Notes under the pieces: model-generated
What the model was told of the DNA's origin: nothing
The model's input: only the letters and a program-made list of their open reading frames with translations
Database searches by the model: none
Program-made: the position numbers and the translations under genes
Shown here: positions 47,977 to 58,132 of the stretch, in pieces
Numbering within the stretch: the first letter of the stretch is position 1
How the letters are laid out: every line of letters begins with the position of its first letter
Source of the DNA: Candidatus Hydrothermarchaeales archaeon
GTDB taxonomy: Archaea > Hydrothermarchaeota > Hydrothermarchaeia > Hydrothermarchaeales > JAZGAD01
Assembly (NCBI GenBank): GCA_036444275.1
Contig: JAZGAD010000028.1
Span: forward strand, 1-64,000
Direction: 5' to 3'
DNA length: 64,000 nucleotides

Positions 47977-48417
47977 ATGGATATCGGTGTAGATGTAGAG
48001 TTACCAAAGAAGAAATGTGAAGATAGAAACTGCCCCTTTCATGGTTCCCTCAAGGTACGGGGCCAAATAATTAAAGGAAACGTTGTAAGCGACCGGATGT
48101 CCAACACTGTTGTGGTGGAAAGGAACTACTTGCATTACCTTAGAAAATATGAGAGGTATGAGAAGAGGAAGTCAAGATACCTAGTCCATAATCCGAGCTG
48201 TCTGGATGTAAAGGTCGGAGATGACGTCAGATTCATGGAATGTAGGGCCCTAAGTAAGGCAAAAAGTTTCGTGGTAATAGAAAAAGCAGGGCCTATAGAA
48301 GAAAAAGAAGAGATAAAAGTAAGTAAAGAAGAAAAGGTAGAAAAAAAGAAAAAAATGGTCAGAAAAACGGGTAAAGTTGCAAAACGAAAAAACGAAAAAA
48401 AGAGTAGGAAGAAATGA
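47977..48417 (+). CDS. rps17: 30S ribosomal protein S17 with Lys-rich tail
   Basis: [20 protein letters not shown]. Confidence 0.96.
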   Translation: MDIGVDVELPKKKCEDRNCPFHGSLKVRGQIIKGNVVSDRMSNTVVVERNYLHYLRKYERYEKRKSRYLVHNPSCLDVKVGDDVRFMECRALSKAKSFVVIEKAGPIEEKEEIKVSKEEKVEKKKKMVRKTGKVAKRKNEKKSRKK

Positions 48418-48812
48418 AGGCGATTGAAGCTAGGATCAACAAGGCATTACCAGCAGGCGCAAGATTAGATGTTACGGACAACTCTGGGGCAAAGGAAATA
48501 GAAATAATTTCAGTTATAGGGGGAAGTGGGGTGCGGAGGAGGCTGCCCAAGGCTGGAGTTGGCGACTTAGTGGTGGCCAGCGTAAAGAAGGGTACCCCTG
48601 AGATGAGGAAGCAGAAAGTCTATGCAATAATCGTAAGACAGAAAAAGGAGTACAGACGCCCAAATAACATGCGCATCAAGTTTGAGGACAACGCTGCTGT
48701 TATTACAAATGAAACTGGAGAGCCCAAAGGAAGCGATATAAAGGGGGCAGTCGCAAAAGAAGCAGCCGAGAGGTGGTCGAAGATCGCCAGCATAGCTAGC
48801 ATAATCATATGA
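48414..48812 (+). CDS. rpl14: 50S ribosomal protein L14
   Basis: [13 protein letters not shown]. Confidence 0.97.
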   Translation: MKAIEARINKALPAGARLDVTDNSGAKEIEIISVIGGSGVRRRLPKAGVGDLVVASVKKGTPEMRKQKVYAIIVRQKKEYRRPNNMRIKFEDNAAVITNETGEPKGSDIKGAVAKEAAERWSKIASIASIII

Positions 48813-48824
48813 CGTTATGGAGGG

Positions 48825-49196
48825 ATGAAAATTTCTAAGAAGCCTAGGAAGCAGAGGAAAGCCCTTTACAACGCACCGTTACATAAGAGGCAGAAGCTCA
48901 TCAGCGCGAACCTATCCGAAGAACTCAGAGAAGAATATGATAGGAGGAGTCTAGGTGTGCGGAAAGGGGATACCGTCGAGCTGACTAGAGGAGATTTCAA
49001 GGGGCATAAAGGAAAGGTAGATAGGGTAGACCTCAAGGCTGGGTGGATATATGTGGAAGGAGTATCGGTACAAAAGGCTGATGGGAGCGACCGCTTCTAT
49101 GCAGTGCACCCATCTAATGTTATGTTGGTTAAGCTGGAGATGAAGGACGAAAAGAGGGAGATGGCAACTAGTAAAGAAAACGAAGGCGGATTATAG
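48825..49196 (+). CDS. rpl24: 50S ribosomal protein L24
   Basis: PRKQRK..YNAPLH, KOW motif, HPSNV. Confidence 0.96.
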   Translation: MKISKKPRKQRKALYNAPLHKRQKLISANLSEELREEYDRRSLGVRKGDTVELTRGDFKGHKGKVDRVDLKAGWIYVEGVSVQKADGSDRFYAVHPSNVMLVKLEMKDEKREMATSKENEGGL

Positions 49197-49197
49197 T

Positions 49198-49923
49198 ATG
49201 CATCTTAAGAGATTAGCAGCGCCGAAAACCTGGAAGCTGAAAAGGAAAGAGAAGAAGTTCGTAGTTAGACCGTCATCTGGGCCTCATGGAATCCGAGACT
49301 CTATACCCCTCCTACTGGTATTAAGGGATATGTTGAATTATGCGAAGACAGCTCGAGAGGCTAGAAGGATATTGAATGAGCGGAAGGTAATGGTAGATGG
49401 GAAAGTCAGAAAGGACTACAAATTCCCCGTAGGATTAATGGATGTGCTGGAAATCCCAGCTCTTAAGAAGGCTTGGCTTGTCCTCCTAGACAACAGGGGG
49501 AAATTCATACTTCAGAATCTCCCTAAGTCCAAGGCGAAACAGAAGTTGTACAAGATTTTAGATAAGAGCGTAACTAAAGGAGGGAATATCCAACTGAACC
49601 TCCACGATGGGAGAAACCTCTTGGTGAAGGTGAAGAATCCCAGCTCACCGACGGAGGATACATATAAAACCAAGGATACCGTAGTAGTGGATCTGTATAA
49701 AAAAAATATCAAAGAGGTAATACCCTTCAAGAAAGGTAACTTAGCCCTCGTAACCGGGGGGACGCATAGGGGGGTAGTGGCTAAGATCGAGGATTTTAAG
49801 GTTCTTCGTAGTCCACAGCCAAATATCGTGATTCTAAGTTCCGAAGGGGCGAACTTCGAGACCATAGAGGACTATGTATTCGTGGTAGGGGAGAAGAAGG
49901 CAGAAATCCCAAAGGTGATGTGA
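49198..49923 (+). CDS. rps4e: 30S ribosomal protein S4e
   Basis: [21 protein letters not shown]. Confidence 0.96.
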   Translation: MHLKRLAAPKTWKLKRKEKKFVVRPSSGPHGIRDSIPLLLVLRDMLNYAKTAREARRILNERKVMVDGKVRKDYKFPVGLMDVLEIPALKKAWLVLLDNRGKFILQNLPKSKAKQKLYKILDKSVTKGGNIQLNLHDGRNLLVKVKNPSSPTEDTYKTKDTVVVDLYKKNIKEVIPFKKGNLALVTGGTHRGVVAKIEDFKVLRSPQPNIVILSSEGANFETIEDYVFVVGEKKAEIPKVM

Positions 49924-49924
49924 T

Positions 49925-50446
49925 ATGAGCACTGATGAGAATCCTATGAGACAGCTTAAAATCTCTAAAGTCACCGTCAACATTGGGGTTGGAGAAGGTG
50001 GCGAGAAACTGGCCAAAGCAGAGACCTTGCTGGAGAGCCTGACAGAGCAGAAACCCATTAAGACCCACTCCAAAGTCACTAACCCAAGCTTCGAGATAAG
50101 GATTGGGCTACCAATTGCATGTAAGGTAACCCTCAGAGGGGAGAGGACTGAGAAGTTCCTGAAGAAGGCATTAGACGCTGTAGACTTCAAGATCAAAGGC
50201 TCTAGCTTCGATGACTACGGCAACGTTTCCTTTGGCATACGGGAGCACATCGATATCCCCGGAGTCAGATATGACCCAAACGTGGGTATCTTCGGGATGG
50301 ATGTCGCTATAACTATTGAGCGTCCGGGTTATCGCATAAAGAGGAGGAGGATTAAGAAGAAGAGGATTCCAAAGGAGCATGGGATCCCTAGGGAAGAGGC
50401 AATAAATTTCATCCAGGAGAAGTATAATGTTAGCGTGGTTAGCTAA
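49925..50446 (+). CDS. rpl5: 50S ribosomal protein L5
   Basis: NPMR, NIGVGE, GN.SFGI.EHID. Confidence 0.96.
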   Translation: MSTDENPMRQLKISKVTVNIGVGEGGEKLAKAETLLESLTEQKPIKTHSKVTNPSFEIRIGLPIACKVTLRGERTEKFLKKALDAVDFKIKGSSFDDYGNVSFGIREHIDIPGVRYDPNVGIFGMDVAITIERPGYRIKRRRIKKKRIPKEHGIPREEAINFIQEKYNVSVVS

Positions 50447-50451
50447 ATGGG

Positions 50452-50604
50452 GTGATTATCATCAAGGGTAGTGTGGGTAAAGGTATTAGGATGTGTAAGC
50501 GGTGCGGTTCCCATGGACCTGTGATAAGGAGATATGGTTTATATATTTGTAGGCATTGTTTTAGGGAAGTTGCTCGAGAGATAGGTTTCAAAAAATATGC
50601 GTAG
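50452..50604 (+). CDS. rps14: 30S ribosomal protein S14 (Zn-ribbon type; absent from ORF track)
   Basis: Manual translation ...[46 protein letters not shown] between L5 and S8; exact start uncertain. Confidence 0.93.
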   Translation: MIIIKGSVGKGIRMCKRCGSHGPVIRRYGLYICRHCFREVAREIGFKKYA

Positions 50605-50613
50605 GTGATGAGA

Positions 50614-51003
50614 ATGTTACTGGATCCCTTGGCAGATGCACTTTCAAACATAAAGAACAATGAACGTTCCGGAAGTTTGCTGTGCCTGATAAAACCGGCA
50701 TCTAAGCTTATAACCCAAGTGCTCAAGGTGTTTCAGGAAAACGATTACATCGGAGAATTCGAATTTATTGACGATGGAAGGGCGGGGAAGCTGAAGGTTA
50801 AACTCCTGGGCAACATCAACGAGTGTGGAGTGATAAGGCCTCGGTATCCGGTAGGCAAGAGGAAATTCGAGAAGTTCGAGAAGAGGTACTTACCAGCCCG
50901 CGGTTTGGGAGTTCTTGTTGTCAGCACCCCTCAAGGTGTAATGTCGCACCGAGACGCGAAGGAGAAAGACACTGGTGGAAGGCTGTTGGCTTATGTCTAC
51001 TGA
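50614..51003 (+). CDS. rps8: 30S ribosomal protein S8
   Basis: [24 protein letters not shown]. Confidence 0.96.
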   Translation: MLLDPLADALSNIKNNERSGSLLCLIKPASKLITQVLKVFQENDYIGEFEFIDDGRAGKLKVKLLGNINECGVIRPRYPVGKRKFEKFEKRYLPARGLGVLVVSTPQGVMSHRDAKEKDTGGRLLAYVY

Positions 51004-51027
51004 CTCTGTTTATTTAAGTGATGCATA

Positions 51028-51576
51028 ATGCCTAAACTGACTAAGATTGAGGAAAGGATAATGATCCCTGAGAACATTGAAGCCAGCTTAGAGGACGGCT
51101 TCATAAAGGTAAATGGTAAAAATGGAAATGCCACTAGAAAGCTCTTCTATCCGGGTGTAGAGATTCGAATAGAGGGAAGAGAGATAGTGATTAAAGCGAA
51201 CTACCCCCGGAAGAGGCAGGTAGTAATGATAGGTACCTTTGCATCTCACATAAGGAATATGATAACAGGCGTAACTGAGGATTTCATGTATAAGATGAAG
51301 GTAGTTTACTCTCATTTCCCAATGACTGTAAAGGTTGATGGAAAAGAACTCTCAGTAGCGAATTACCTTGGAGAGAAGATCCCAAGGAAGACAAGGATCG
51401 TAGGAAACTGCAGTGTCGCAGTGAAAGGTAACGAGATCGAGGTCTATGGGAATGATATAGAGGATGTGGGGCAAACCGCGGCAAACATAGAGCAGCTCAC
51501 CAGGGTTAAGAAAAAGGATTCTAGGGTCTTCCAAGATGGAATTTATCTGGTTGAACGGAATGGAGCGAAGGTGTAA
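51028..51576 (+). CDS. rpl6: 50S ribosomal protein L6
   Basis: YSHFPM, NYLGEK, RVFQDGIY. Confidence 0.96.
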   Translation: MPKLTKIEERIMIPENIEASLEDGFIKVNGKNGNATRKLFYPGVEIRIEGREIVIKANYPRKRQVVMIGTFASHIRNMITGVTEDFMYKMKVVYSHFPMTVKVDGKELSVANYLGEKIPRKTRIVGNCSVAVKGNEIEVYGNDIEDVGQTAANIEQLTRVKKKDSRVFQDGIYLVERNGAKV

Positions 51577-51963
51577 ATGGTAAAAAAAAGTAAAGGGACG
51601 AAGCCCAAGTTCAAGCGGCAAGAGTCTTCCAGGTACAAAAAACTTAAAGGCGGCTGGAGGAAGCCTCGAGGACCTCATAATAAGGTACGGAAATCGCTAG
51701 GAGGTAAACCTATTGCGCCAAAGATAGGCTATCGGGGAAACGCTGTGCAAAGAGGGCTACACCCGTCTGGATATAAGGACGTGTTGGTGTATAATCCCTC
51801 TGTACTTGATGATATGGACAAGGCAAAACAGGCCGTCCGGATAGCGTCTGGTGTGGGAGATAAAAAGGCCAAGAGCATTATGGAGAAAGGAGAAAAATTA
51901 GGTCTGAAGATCCTGAATCCTAGGCTGTTTCCTATAGATGAAGAAGAGGAAGAAGAAGAATAG
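51577..51963 (+). CDS. rpl32e: 50S ribosomal protein L32e
   Basis: PKFKRQ, WRKPRG, RGLHPSG; acidic tail. Confidence 0.95.
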   Translation: MVKKSKGTKPKFKRQESSRYKKLKGGWRKPRGPHNKVRKSLGGKPIAPKIGYRGNAVQRGLHPSGYKDVLVYNPSVLDDMDKAKQAVRIASGVGDKKAKSIMEKGEKLGLKILNPRLFPIDEEEEEEE

Positions 51964-52035
51964 CGTTACTGATGTGGTAGCTTAGGATAAGGCAAATAAA
52001 TTTGAGGATCGGCTGAAAAAAGGAGAATTACGAAA

Positions 52036-52488
52036 ATGGATTTGAAAACCCAGAGAAGAATGGCTGCTTCCATACTTAAAGCTGGCAAGGAGAAAGTCTG
52101 GTTGGATCCCGACGAATTAGAGTCTATAGCCGCATCTGTCACCAAGGATGACATCAAGAAACTGATAAATCAAGGGGTCATTCAGCTCAAAAGAGATGAA
52201 GGAACGAGTAGTTTTTGGAGCAAGAAGAGACGCATTCAGAAAGCAAAAGGCAGAAGAAAGGGTCACGGCAGTAGAAGCGGGGCTAAAGGAGCAAGGTTCC
52301 CGAAGAAGAAAAGATGGATATCTATTATACGGCCTATAAGACAGGTTCTAAAAGAACTGAGGGAGGCTGAGAGGATTGATGGGCCTACTTATCGAAAACT
52401 CTATGTAATGGCCAAAGGAGGCATGTTCAAGTCCAGAGCCCACTTGGATGCCTATTTAAAAGATAATAAAATAATCGAGGAGATCTAA
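52036..52488 (+). CDS. rpl19e: 50S ribosomal protein L19e
   Basis: QRRMAA, VWLDP, GRRKGHGSRSG, AKGG.F. Confidence 0.96.
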   Translation: MDLKTQRRMAASILKAGKEKVWLDPDELESIAASVTKDDIKKLINQGVIQLKRDEGTSSFWSKKRRIQKAKGRRKGHGSRSGAKGARFPKKKRWISIIRPIRQVLKELREAERIDGPTYRKLYVMAKGGMFKSRAHLDAYLKDNKIIEEI

Positions 52489-52491
52489 CGC

Positions 52492-53157
52492 ATGGCAACA
52501 GGACCTAGATACAGAGTTACCTTCAGGAGAAAACGTGAGGGAAAGACTGATTATAGGAAGCGTCTTAAGCTCCTTCTATCTGAAAGGCCCAGGTTTGTTG
52601 TGAGGAAGACCTCTAAGCGTTTCCTGGCCCAGCTGACCGAATACCAGCCTCAAGGAGATATAGTACTAGCATGTAGCGATTCCAAGGAGCTGGCGAATTA
52701 TGGCTGGAAGGGAGGGGGATCGAATCTCCCGGCAGCCTATTTGGTAGGCTTGCTCTGCGGTCAGAAAGCCTTGGAAAAAAAGATAAAACAGGGGGTATTG
52801 GACCTTGGATTAGCAACCCCTATTGCAGGTGGCGGAATTTTTGCGGTTCTCAAAGGAGCTCTCGATGCCGGTTTGGAAATAGCCCACCAGGATACAACCA
52901 TTCCCAACGAAGGTAGGATAAGAGGTGAACATATCGCGAGTTATGGTACCGTATTAGCGGGGGATAAGAAGAAAAGATTCTCGAAATATCTAGGGAAAGG
53001 ATTGGATCCAGAGCATTTACCAAAGCATTTTGAAGAAGTTAAAAAAAGGATCATTGCAGGAAAACAAGGGGTCGTGGGAGTAGGAAAATCAAAGCCGCAC
53101 AAAGGGAAAGAGAAAAACCCAAGACCCACTAAAAGTGGAATGAAAAACTTAAACTAA
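52492..53157 (+). CDS. rpl18: 50S ribosomal protein L18
   Basis: MATGPRY, REGKTDY, NLPAAYLVG. Confidence 0.96.
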   Translation: MATGPRYRVTFRRKREGKTDYRKRLKLLLSERPRFVVRKTSKRFLAQLTEYQPQGDIVLACSDSKELANYGWKGGGSNLPAAYLVGLLCGQKALEKKIKQGVLDLGLATPIAGGGIFAVLKGALDAGLEIAHQDTTIPNEGRIRGEHIASYGTVLAGDKKKRFSKYLGKGLDPEHLPKHFEEVKKRIIAGKQGVVGVGKSKPHKGKEKNPRPTKSGMKNLN

Positions 53158-53169
53158 CGAGGAGATCGT

Positions 53170-53817
53170 ATGAACCTAGAAGATTGGATACCAATGACAA
53201 AGCTTGGGCGGATGGTGAAGGGTGGTGAGATAGCAGATATTAGGGCGGTCTTTAGATCGGATCTACCCCTTATGGAGTCTGAGATCATCGATGTCTTGCT
53301 TCCAGATCTAGAGGATGAAGTTATCGATATAAATCTCGTACAGAAAATGCATAAGTCTGGTAGACGAGTGAGGTTCAGGGCTACGGTCGTTGTAGGAAAC
53401 AAGGACGGCTATGTCGGCCTAGGGGACGCCGTTGCAAAGGAGGTAGGGCCTGCCATAAGAAAGGGAATCAGAGACGCAAAGCTGAACTTAATCGAGGTGC
53501 GGAGGGGTTGTGGAAGCTGGGAGTGCGGCTGTGGCACAGCACATTCAGTGCCATTTGAAGTTACTGGAAGCGCTGGAAGCGTTAGGGTGACATTGTTTCC
53601 AGCTCCTAACGGCATAGGTCTAGCTGTAGGAGATGTCTCTAAGAAGGTACTGAAGCTAGCCGGGATAACTGACGTTTGGTCAAGGACTGACGGTAAGACT
53701 AAGACTACTCTAAATAGTGCCAATGCCACATTAGATGCCCTGAGGAAGACATCTCTAATTAAGATTACAGAAAAGCAGGCGCAGACGGTTGGCCTATTGG
53801 AGGGGAAAACAGAGTAA
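53170..53817 (+). CDS. rps5: 30S ribosomal protein S5
   Basis: [25 protein letters not shown]. Confidence 0.96.
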   Translation: MNLEDWIPMTKLGRMVKGGEIADIRAVFRSDLPLMESEIIDVLLPDLEDEVIDINLVQKMHKSGRRVRFRATVVVGNKDGYVGLGDAVAKEVGPAIRKGIRDAKLNLIEVRRGCGSWECGCGTAHSVPFEVTGSAGSVRVTLFPAPNGIGLAVGDVSKKVLKLAGITDVWSRTDGKTKTTLNSANATLDALRKTSLIKITEKQAQTVGLLEGKTE

Positions 53818-53845
53818 ATGGATACTCGACTAGGTGACTAGGTAT

Positions 53846-54310
53846 ATGAAGAGATTAGCAGTAATAAGGATAAGGGGCAGATCTAAAACTGACCGAAAGG
53901 TGGAGAGTACCCTCCAGATGTTGAGGTTGAGCAGGGTTAACTACTGCGTCCTCCTAGATGACAATGAAGTATATCGTGGTATGCTCAAGAAGGTCAAAGA
54001 CTATATCACCTGGGGAGAGGTGGATGCGAAGGATATCACATCGCTCTTGAAGAATAGAGGAGAGCTCACAGGCGGAATTAGGCTTACTGACTCCTATGTC
54101 AGGAACCAGACAAAATTTAAGTCTATATCAGATTTCTCTAAGGCATTCCTAAAGTTTGAAGCCGAGTTAGAGACTATACCTGGATTAAGACGTTTTTTTA
54201 GGATGCACCCCCCTAGGAGGGGTCATGAGGGTATGAAGAAGACCTTCAAAGAAGGGGGGGCGTTGGGATGTAGGAGTGATATTAAGGGGCTCCTGCACAA
54301 AATGCGGTAG
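53846..54310 (+). CDS. rpl30: 50S ribosomal protein L30 (uL30)
   Basis: AVIRIRG, KDYITWGE, HPPRRG; ATG 53846. Confidence 0.95.
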   Translation: MKRLAVIRIRGRSKTDRKVESTLQMLRLSRVNYCVLLDDNEVYRGMLKKVKDYITWGEVDAKDITSLLKNRGELTGGIRLTDSYVRNQTKFKSISDFSKAFLKFEAELETIPGLRRFFRMHPPRRGHEGMKKTFKEGGALGCRSDIKGLLHKMR

Positions 54311-54343
54311 GCATATCTGTTATGTGAAGAAGAGTAGATAGAA

Positions 54344-54805
54344 ATGGCTAGGAAGAATAGAAAGATCAGGAAACAACGTGGCTCGCGCTCATGCGGTGAA
54401 GGCTCCAATAAGCGGCATAGGGGAGCTGGTAACAGGGGCGGCGTAGGCATGGCTGGGACTCATAAGAGCAAGTGGACCTGGGTCATCAAGCACGCACCAG
54501 ACCACTTTGGACGCAGCGGTTTCAAAATACCCTCTAAAGCGAAACACGTGCTCAATGCAATTAACCTCTGGCAGATAGAGGAGATAGCGAATAAGGCTGA
54601 GGTAATGGGAGAAGAAAAGGAAGCCTTAGGTATAGGCAGAGAAGGGGGTAAGTTAGTAATCGATGTAACCGAGTTTGATTATGATAAGGTCTTGGGAAAA
54701 GGAACGATAACTAGGCCGTTGGTGGTGAAGGCCGGGAGTTTTTCTAAGATTGCAGAGGAAAAGATTAAGGGAGCTGGGGGAAATGCCATCGTGATAGGGG
54801 ATTGA
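54344..54805 (+). CDS. rpl15: 50S ribosomal protein L15
   Basis: [24 protein letters not shown]. Confidence 0.95.
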   Translation: MARKNRKIRKQRGSRSCGEGSNKRHRGAGNRGGVGMAGTHKSKWTWVIKHAPDHFGRSGFKIPSKAKHVLNAINLWQIEEIANKAEVMGEEKEALGIGREGGKLVIDVTEFDYDKVLGKGTITRPLVVKAGSFSKIAEEKIKGAGGNAIVIGD

Positions 54806-54806
54806 A

Positions 54807-56162
54807 ATGGGTGTACTCCACAGATTCGAGTCCTTCTTGACATCGCTACCAGAAGTGGAAAGTCCGAGATATGCTTTGTCCTTCAAGGAGAGGATGAAGT
54901 GGGTTGCTTTGATCTTGGTAGCCTATTTTCTTCTTACCGAGGTAGCCCTCTACGGTTTGGATCCAACTACTATAGATTTCTTCGGCAATCTAAGGGCTGT
55001 TATCGCCGGAAGCTTTGGGTCGGTAATCACCTTGGGCATAGGTCCTATTGTTACTGCATCTATAATCCTCCAAATCTTAGTTGGTGGGAAGCTCATAGAC
55101 CTGGATTTAACAGAACCCAAGGATCAGGCTATATTCCAAGGCACCCAGAAGGCTTTAGCACTGGGTTTTACAGTATTTGAAGCTGCTACCATGGTGTTAA
55201 TGGGGGCTTTACCGGCGGTGAATAATGATCCCACTATCCAGCTTCTATTAATAGTTCAGCTTACCCTTGGGGGTATTCTAATCATATATCTGGACGAAGT
55301 AGTCACCAAATGGGGATTTGGAAGTGGCGTCGGCCTCTTCATAGTCGCTGGGGTATGCGCCCAGATTATGATAGGCGCCTTGAATTTTCTTCCAGCAACC
55401 CCTGGGGAAGCAGTCCCTGCCGGTAGAATTCCGGCCTTTATCTTCTTCTTGATGAATAACGAAGTGAGATGGGATGTCCTGGTTCCCATTTTGGGTACTT
55501 TTATGGTCTTTGCGCTTGTGGTTTATGTAGAAAGCGTAAGAGTAGAGATCCCTCTCACCTACGGTAGGTTTAGAGGGGCGCGTGGTAGGTACCCCATAAA
55601 ATTCATCTATGCCAGTAATCTTCCAGTAATATTCGCCAGCATCCTAATGGCTAACGTTCAGCTCTGGGCTAGATTGATGGAGGGTGTCGGTTATCCTTTA
55701 CTCGGCACCTTCGTGGCTAACCGCCCTATAAATGGCCTTGCTTACTACATGCAGAGGCCTAACCCCATATACAGCCCGGACTTCCACTTATTCGATACAA
55801 GCGTTTATATCGTAATACTAATAATCCTCTCAGTAATCTTCTCTAAATTCTGGATTGAAACCACAAGTATGGACGCTAAAAGCGTAGCTAAACAACTCCA
55901 GGAGGGCGGGATGGTCATCCCTGGATTCAGAGGGGATATAAGGATAATAGAGAAGGTGCTGAATAGGTATATTCCAGCCATCACTATCTTGGGAGGCGTC
56001 GCAGTGGGAGCATTAGCAGCCTTTGGGGACATGACAGGAGCACTTGGTGGAGGAATGGGAGTACTTTTAGCTGTGGGAATAGTTTATAATATGTATGAGC
56101 AAATGGCTAGAGAACAACTTTTCGAGATGCATCCTTTGCTCAGGAAAATCGTAGAATTCTAG
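54807..56162 (+). CDS. secY: Preprotein translocase SecY
   Basis: LGIGPIVTASII, KWGFGSG, YPIKFIYASN, IPGFR. Confidence 0.97.
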   Translation: MGVLHRFESFLTSLPEVESPRYALSFKERMKWVALILVAYFLLTEVALYGLDPTTIDFFGNLRAVIAGSFGSVITLGIGPIVTASIILQILVGGKLIDLDLTEPKDQAIFQGTQKALALGFTVFEAATMVLMGALPAVNNDPTIQLLLIVQLTLGGILIIYLDEVVTKWGFGSGVGLFIVAGVCAQIMIGALNFLPATPGEAVPAGRIPAFIFFLMNNEVRWDVLVPILGTFMVFALVVYVESVRVEIPLTYGRFRGARGRYPIKFIYASNLPVIFASILMANVQLWARLMEGVGYPLLGTFVANRPINGLAYYMQRPNPIYSPDFHLFDTSVYIVILIILSVIFSKFWIETTSMDAKSVAKQLQEGGMVIPGFRGDIRIIEKVLNRYIPAITILGGVAVGALAAFGDMTGALGGGMGVLLAVGIVYNMYEQMAREQLFEMHPLLRKIVEF

Positions 56163-56177
56163 AGGTGGTGTGTAAAA

Positions 56178-56738
56178 ATGGGAGTAATTGTAGTCACAGG
56201 AACGCCGGGAGCTGGGAAAACTACCGTCTTGGAAGGGGCCCTTAAAAAACGCAAAGGATTTGAGATATTGAACTACGGCGATGCGATGTTCGACTACGCC
56301 AAGAAGAAGAAAATAGTGACGAGTAGAGATGAACTCAGAAAGCAACTGCCAGAGACCCAAAGAGAAATACAGAAGATGGCTGCAAGGAAGATATCCGATA
56401 ATGCAGTGGGAGCATCGATAATAGTTGACACACATTGTACGGTAAAGACACTTAGGGGTTATCTACCAGGTCTGCCCAGATGGGTCTTGGAGGAATTAAA
56501 ACCGGAGAGCATCATTCTAGTGGAGGCAGAAGCAGGAGCGATTGTTGGGCGGAGGGAAAAAGATACATCTAGGCAACGGGACGAAGAGCTTGTTGAGGCT
56601 ATAGCAGAGCATCAGGAGTTGAATAGGGCAACAGCTATGGCGTATGCTATGTTCACCGGTGCCACAGTGACGATTATTAAAAATCGCGATGGCAAACTAG
56701 ACGAGGCTATAGAGGAAATGCTGAAAGTTTTTGGTTAG
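56178..56738 (+). CDS. adk: Archaeal adenylate kinase
   Basis: GTPGAGKTT, RDELRK, DTH, GYLPGLP. Confidence 0.95.
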   Translation: MGVIVVTGTPGAGKTTVLEGALKKRKGFEILNYGDAMFDYAKKKKIVTSRDELRKQLPETQREIQKMAARKISDNAVGASIIVDTHCTVKTLRGYLPGLPRWVLEELKPESIILVEAEAGAIVGRREKDTSRQRDEELVEAIAEHQELNRATAMAYAMFTGATVTIIKNRDGKLDEAIEEMLKVFG

Positions 56739-56748
56739 GTACGTTAAC

Positions 56749-57288
56749 ATGTTCGAATTCATCACAAAACCTATTTTTCTAATCTTTGATTCTACCCTAG
56801 GGCTGTTCTTCCATATCTTTAGAGATAATCAACCTGCGAATGTCCTATTCGGAATCTTCGTTGTCTCGGCTATAGTTTCGGCGCTTATAGTAGTTATTAC
56901 CGCCAAGGTGATAGATCAAAAGAAGATGAAGAAACTTAAGGCTAAGATGTCCAAGATTCAGGATAAACTGAAAGAGGCACAGAAGAAAGGCGACGCCAAG
57001 GAAATGAAGAAGATCCAGAGCAAGATGATGAAGAACTCCAGCGAGATGTGGCAAATGTCTATGAAGCCCATGCTCTATACCATGCTCCCGATTATATTGG
57101 TCTTCACGTGGCTGAAGGAGTATGAATACCTAGCGACCTTCGTAGAGCACCAGGAAGGCTATGTTGTTGCACTGCCTTTTATTTTGCCTAAGTTTGGGGA
57201 TAAATTGGGGTGGTTAGGATGGTATATCCTCTCTTCTTTCGCTACCTCCCCCCTCATAAAAAAGCTCTTCAAGATAGAAGGGCCCTAG
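56749..57288 (+). CDS. EMC3/TMCO1 (DUF106) Oxa1-superfamily membrane protein
   Basis: TM1, Lys/Gln/Met coiled coil, MKPMLYT, GWLGWYI; canonical position after adk. Confidence 0.9.
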   Translation: MFEFITKPIFLIFDSTLGLFFHIFRDNQPANVLFGIFVVSAIVSALIVVITAKVIDQKKMKKLKAKMSKIQDKLKEAQKKGDAKEMKKIQSKMMKNSSEMWQMSMKPMLYTMLPIILVFTWLKEYEYLATFVEHQEGYVVALPFILPKFGDKLGWLGWYILSSFATSPLIKKLFKIEGP

Positions 57289-57353
57289 ATAAGCTTAAAT
57301 GATGGATAAAAGGAGTCGAAAGCTAAATAGAAAAAGACAAGGAGGGATATGCA

Positions 57354-57908
57354 TTGATAGTTACCATTGGAGGGGATATAGGAAGCGGTAAGACCACTGT
57401 TGCTAAGGCGCTGGCCGAAAGGTTTCATATAGAAAACATCTCTGCCGGCGAGGCCTTTCGAGCGATGGCTCAGGAAAGGGGTATGAGCCTGGCCGAGTTC
57501 TCAAAGCTTGCTGAGGAGGATCATACCTTAGATAGAGAGTTGGATAAGAAGCAGGTGCAACTCGTAAAGGCTGCGAAGGATGTAGTGGTAGATGGGAGGC
57601 TCAGCGGCTTACTCTTGCAATCAGAGGCAGACCTTAAGATCTGGCTTAGAGCTCCACTGGAGGTTAGGGCCAAGAGGGTTTCGGGTAGAGAGAAGAAGGA
57701 CTTTAGGCAGGTGTTGGAGGAGACCAGAGAGCGAGAGGAAAGCGAGCTCAAGAGATATAAGGAGATATACCAGATAGACTTGAGAGACCTATCCCCCTAT
57801 GATGTGATCCTGAATACAGAATTATGGGGTTCTGAAGAGATAATAAATATAATAGGAAACATGATATCATTGCTAAGTAAAGGAGCTGGAAGCCATGGAT
57901 GTAGGTAG
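57354..57908 (+). CDS. cmk: Cytidylate kinase
   Basis: GDIGSGKTT, SAGEAFR, DGRLSG, RYKEIY; TTG start. Confidence 0.93.
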   Translation: MIVTIGGDIGSGKTTVAKALAERFHIENISAGEAFRAMAQERGMSLAEFSKLAEEDHTLDRELDKKQVQLVKAAKDVVVDGRLSGLLLQSEADLKIWLRAPLEVRAKRVSGREKKDFRQVLEETREREESELKRYKEIYQIDLRDLSPYDVILNTELWGSEEIINIIGNMISLLSKGAGSHGCR

Positions 57909-58131
57909 AGTTTGCGTTAAGATAGCTGGAAGGGAAGCCGGACAGAAATGCGTAATAGTGGACTGGATAGACGAAAATTTCGTTATCATCGACGCCCCAG
58001 GGGTGAAGAGGAGAAGATGCAATCTCCGGCATCTGGAGCCTATGGAAAGCAAGATCGAAATAAAGCAGGGCGCCACCACAAAGGAAGTTGAAAAAGCCCT
58101 TAAGAAGGCCAAGATTTCCTTGGGCGGATAG
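57895..58131 (+). CDS. rpl14e: 50S ribosomal protein L14e
   Basis: VGRVCVKIAGREAG, VKRRRCN.RHLEP. Confidence 0.95.
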   Translation: MDVGRVCVKIAGREAGQKCVIVDWIDENFVIIDAPGVKRRRCNLRHLEPMESKIEIKQGATTKEVEKALKKAKISLGG

Positions 58132-58132
58132 C

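Noticed and set aside
51964-52035. C/D box sRNA in the rpl32e-rpl19e spacer
   Set aside because: The C box is imperfect (TGATGT) and the spacing leaves no room for a second guide before CTGA.
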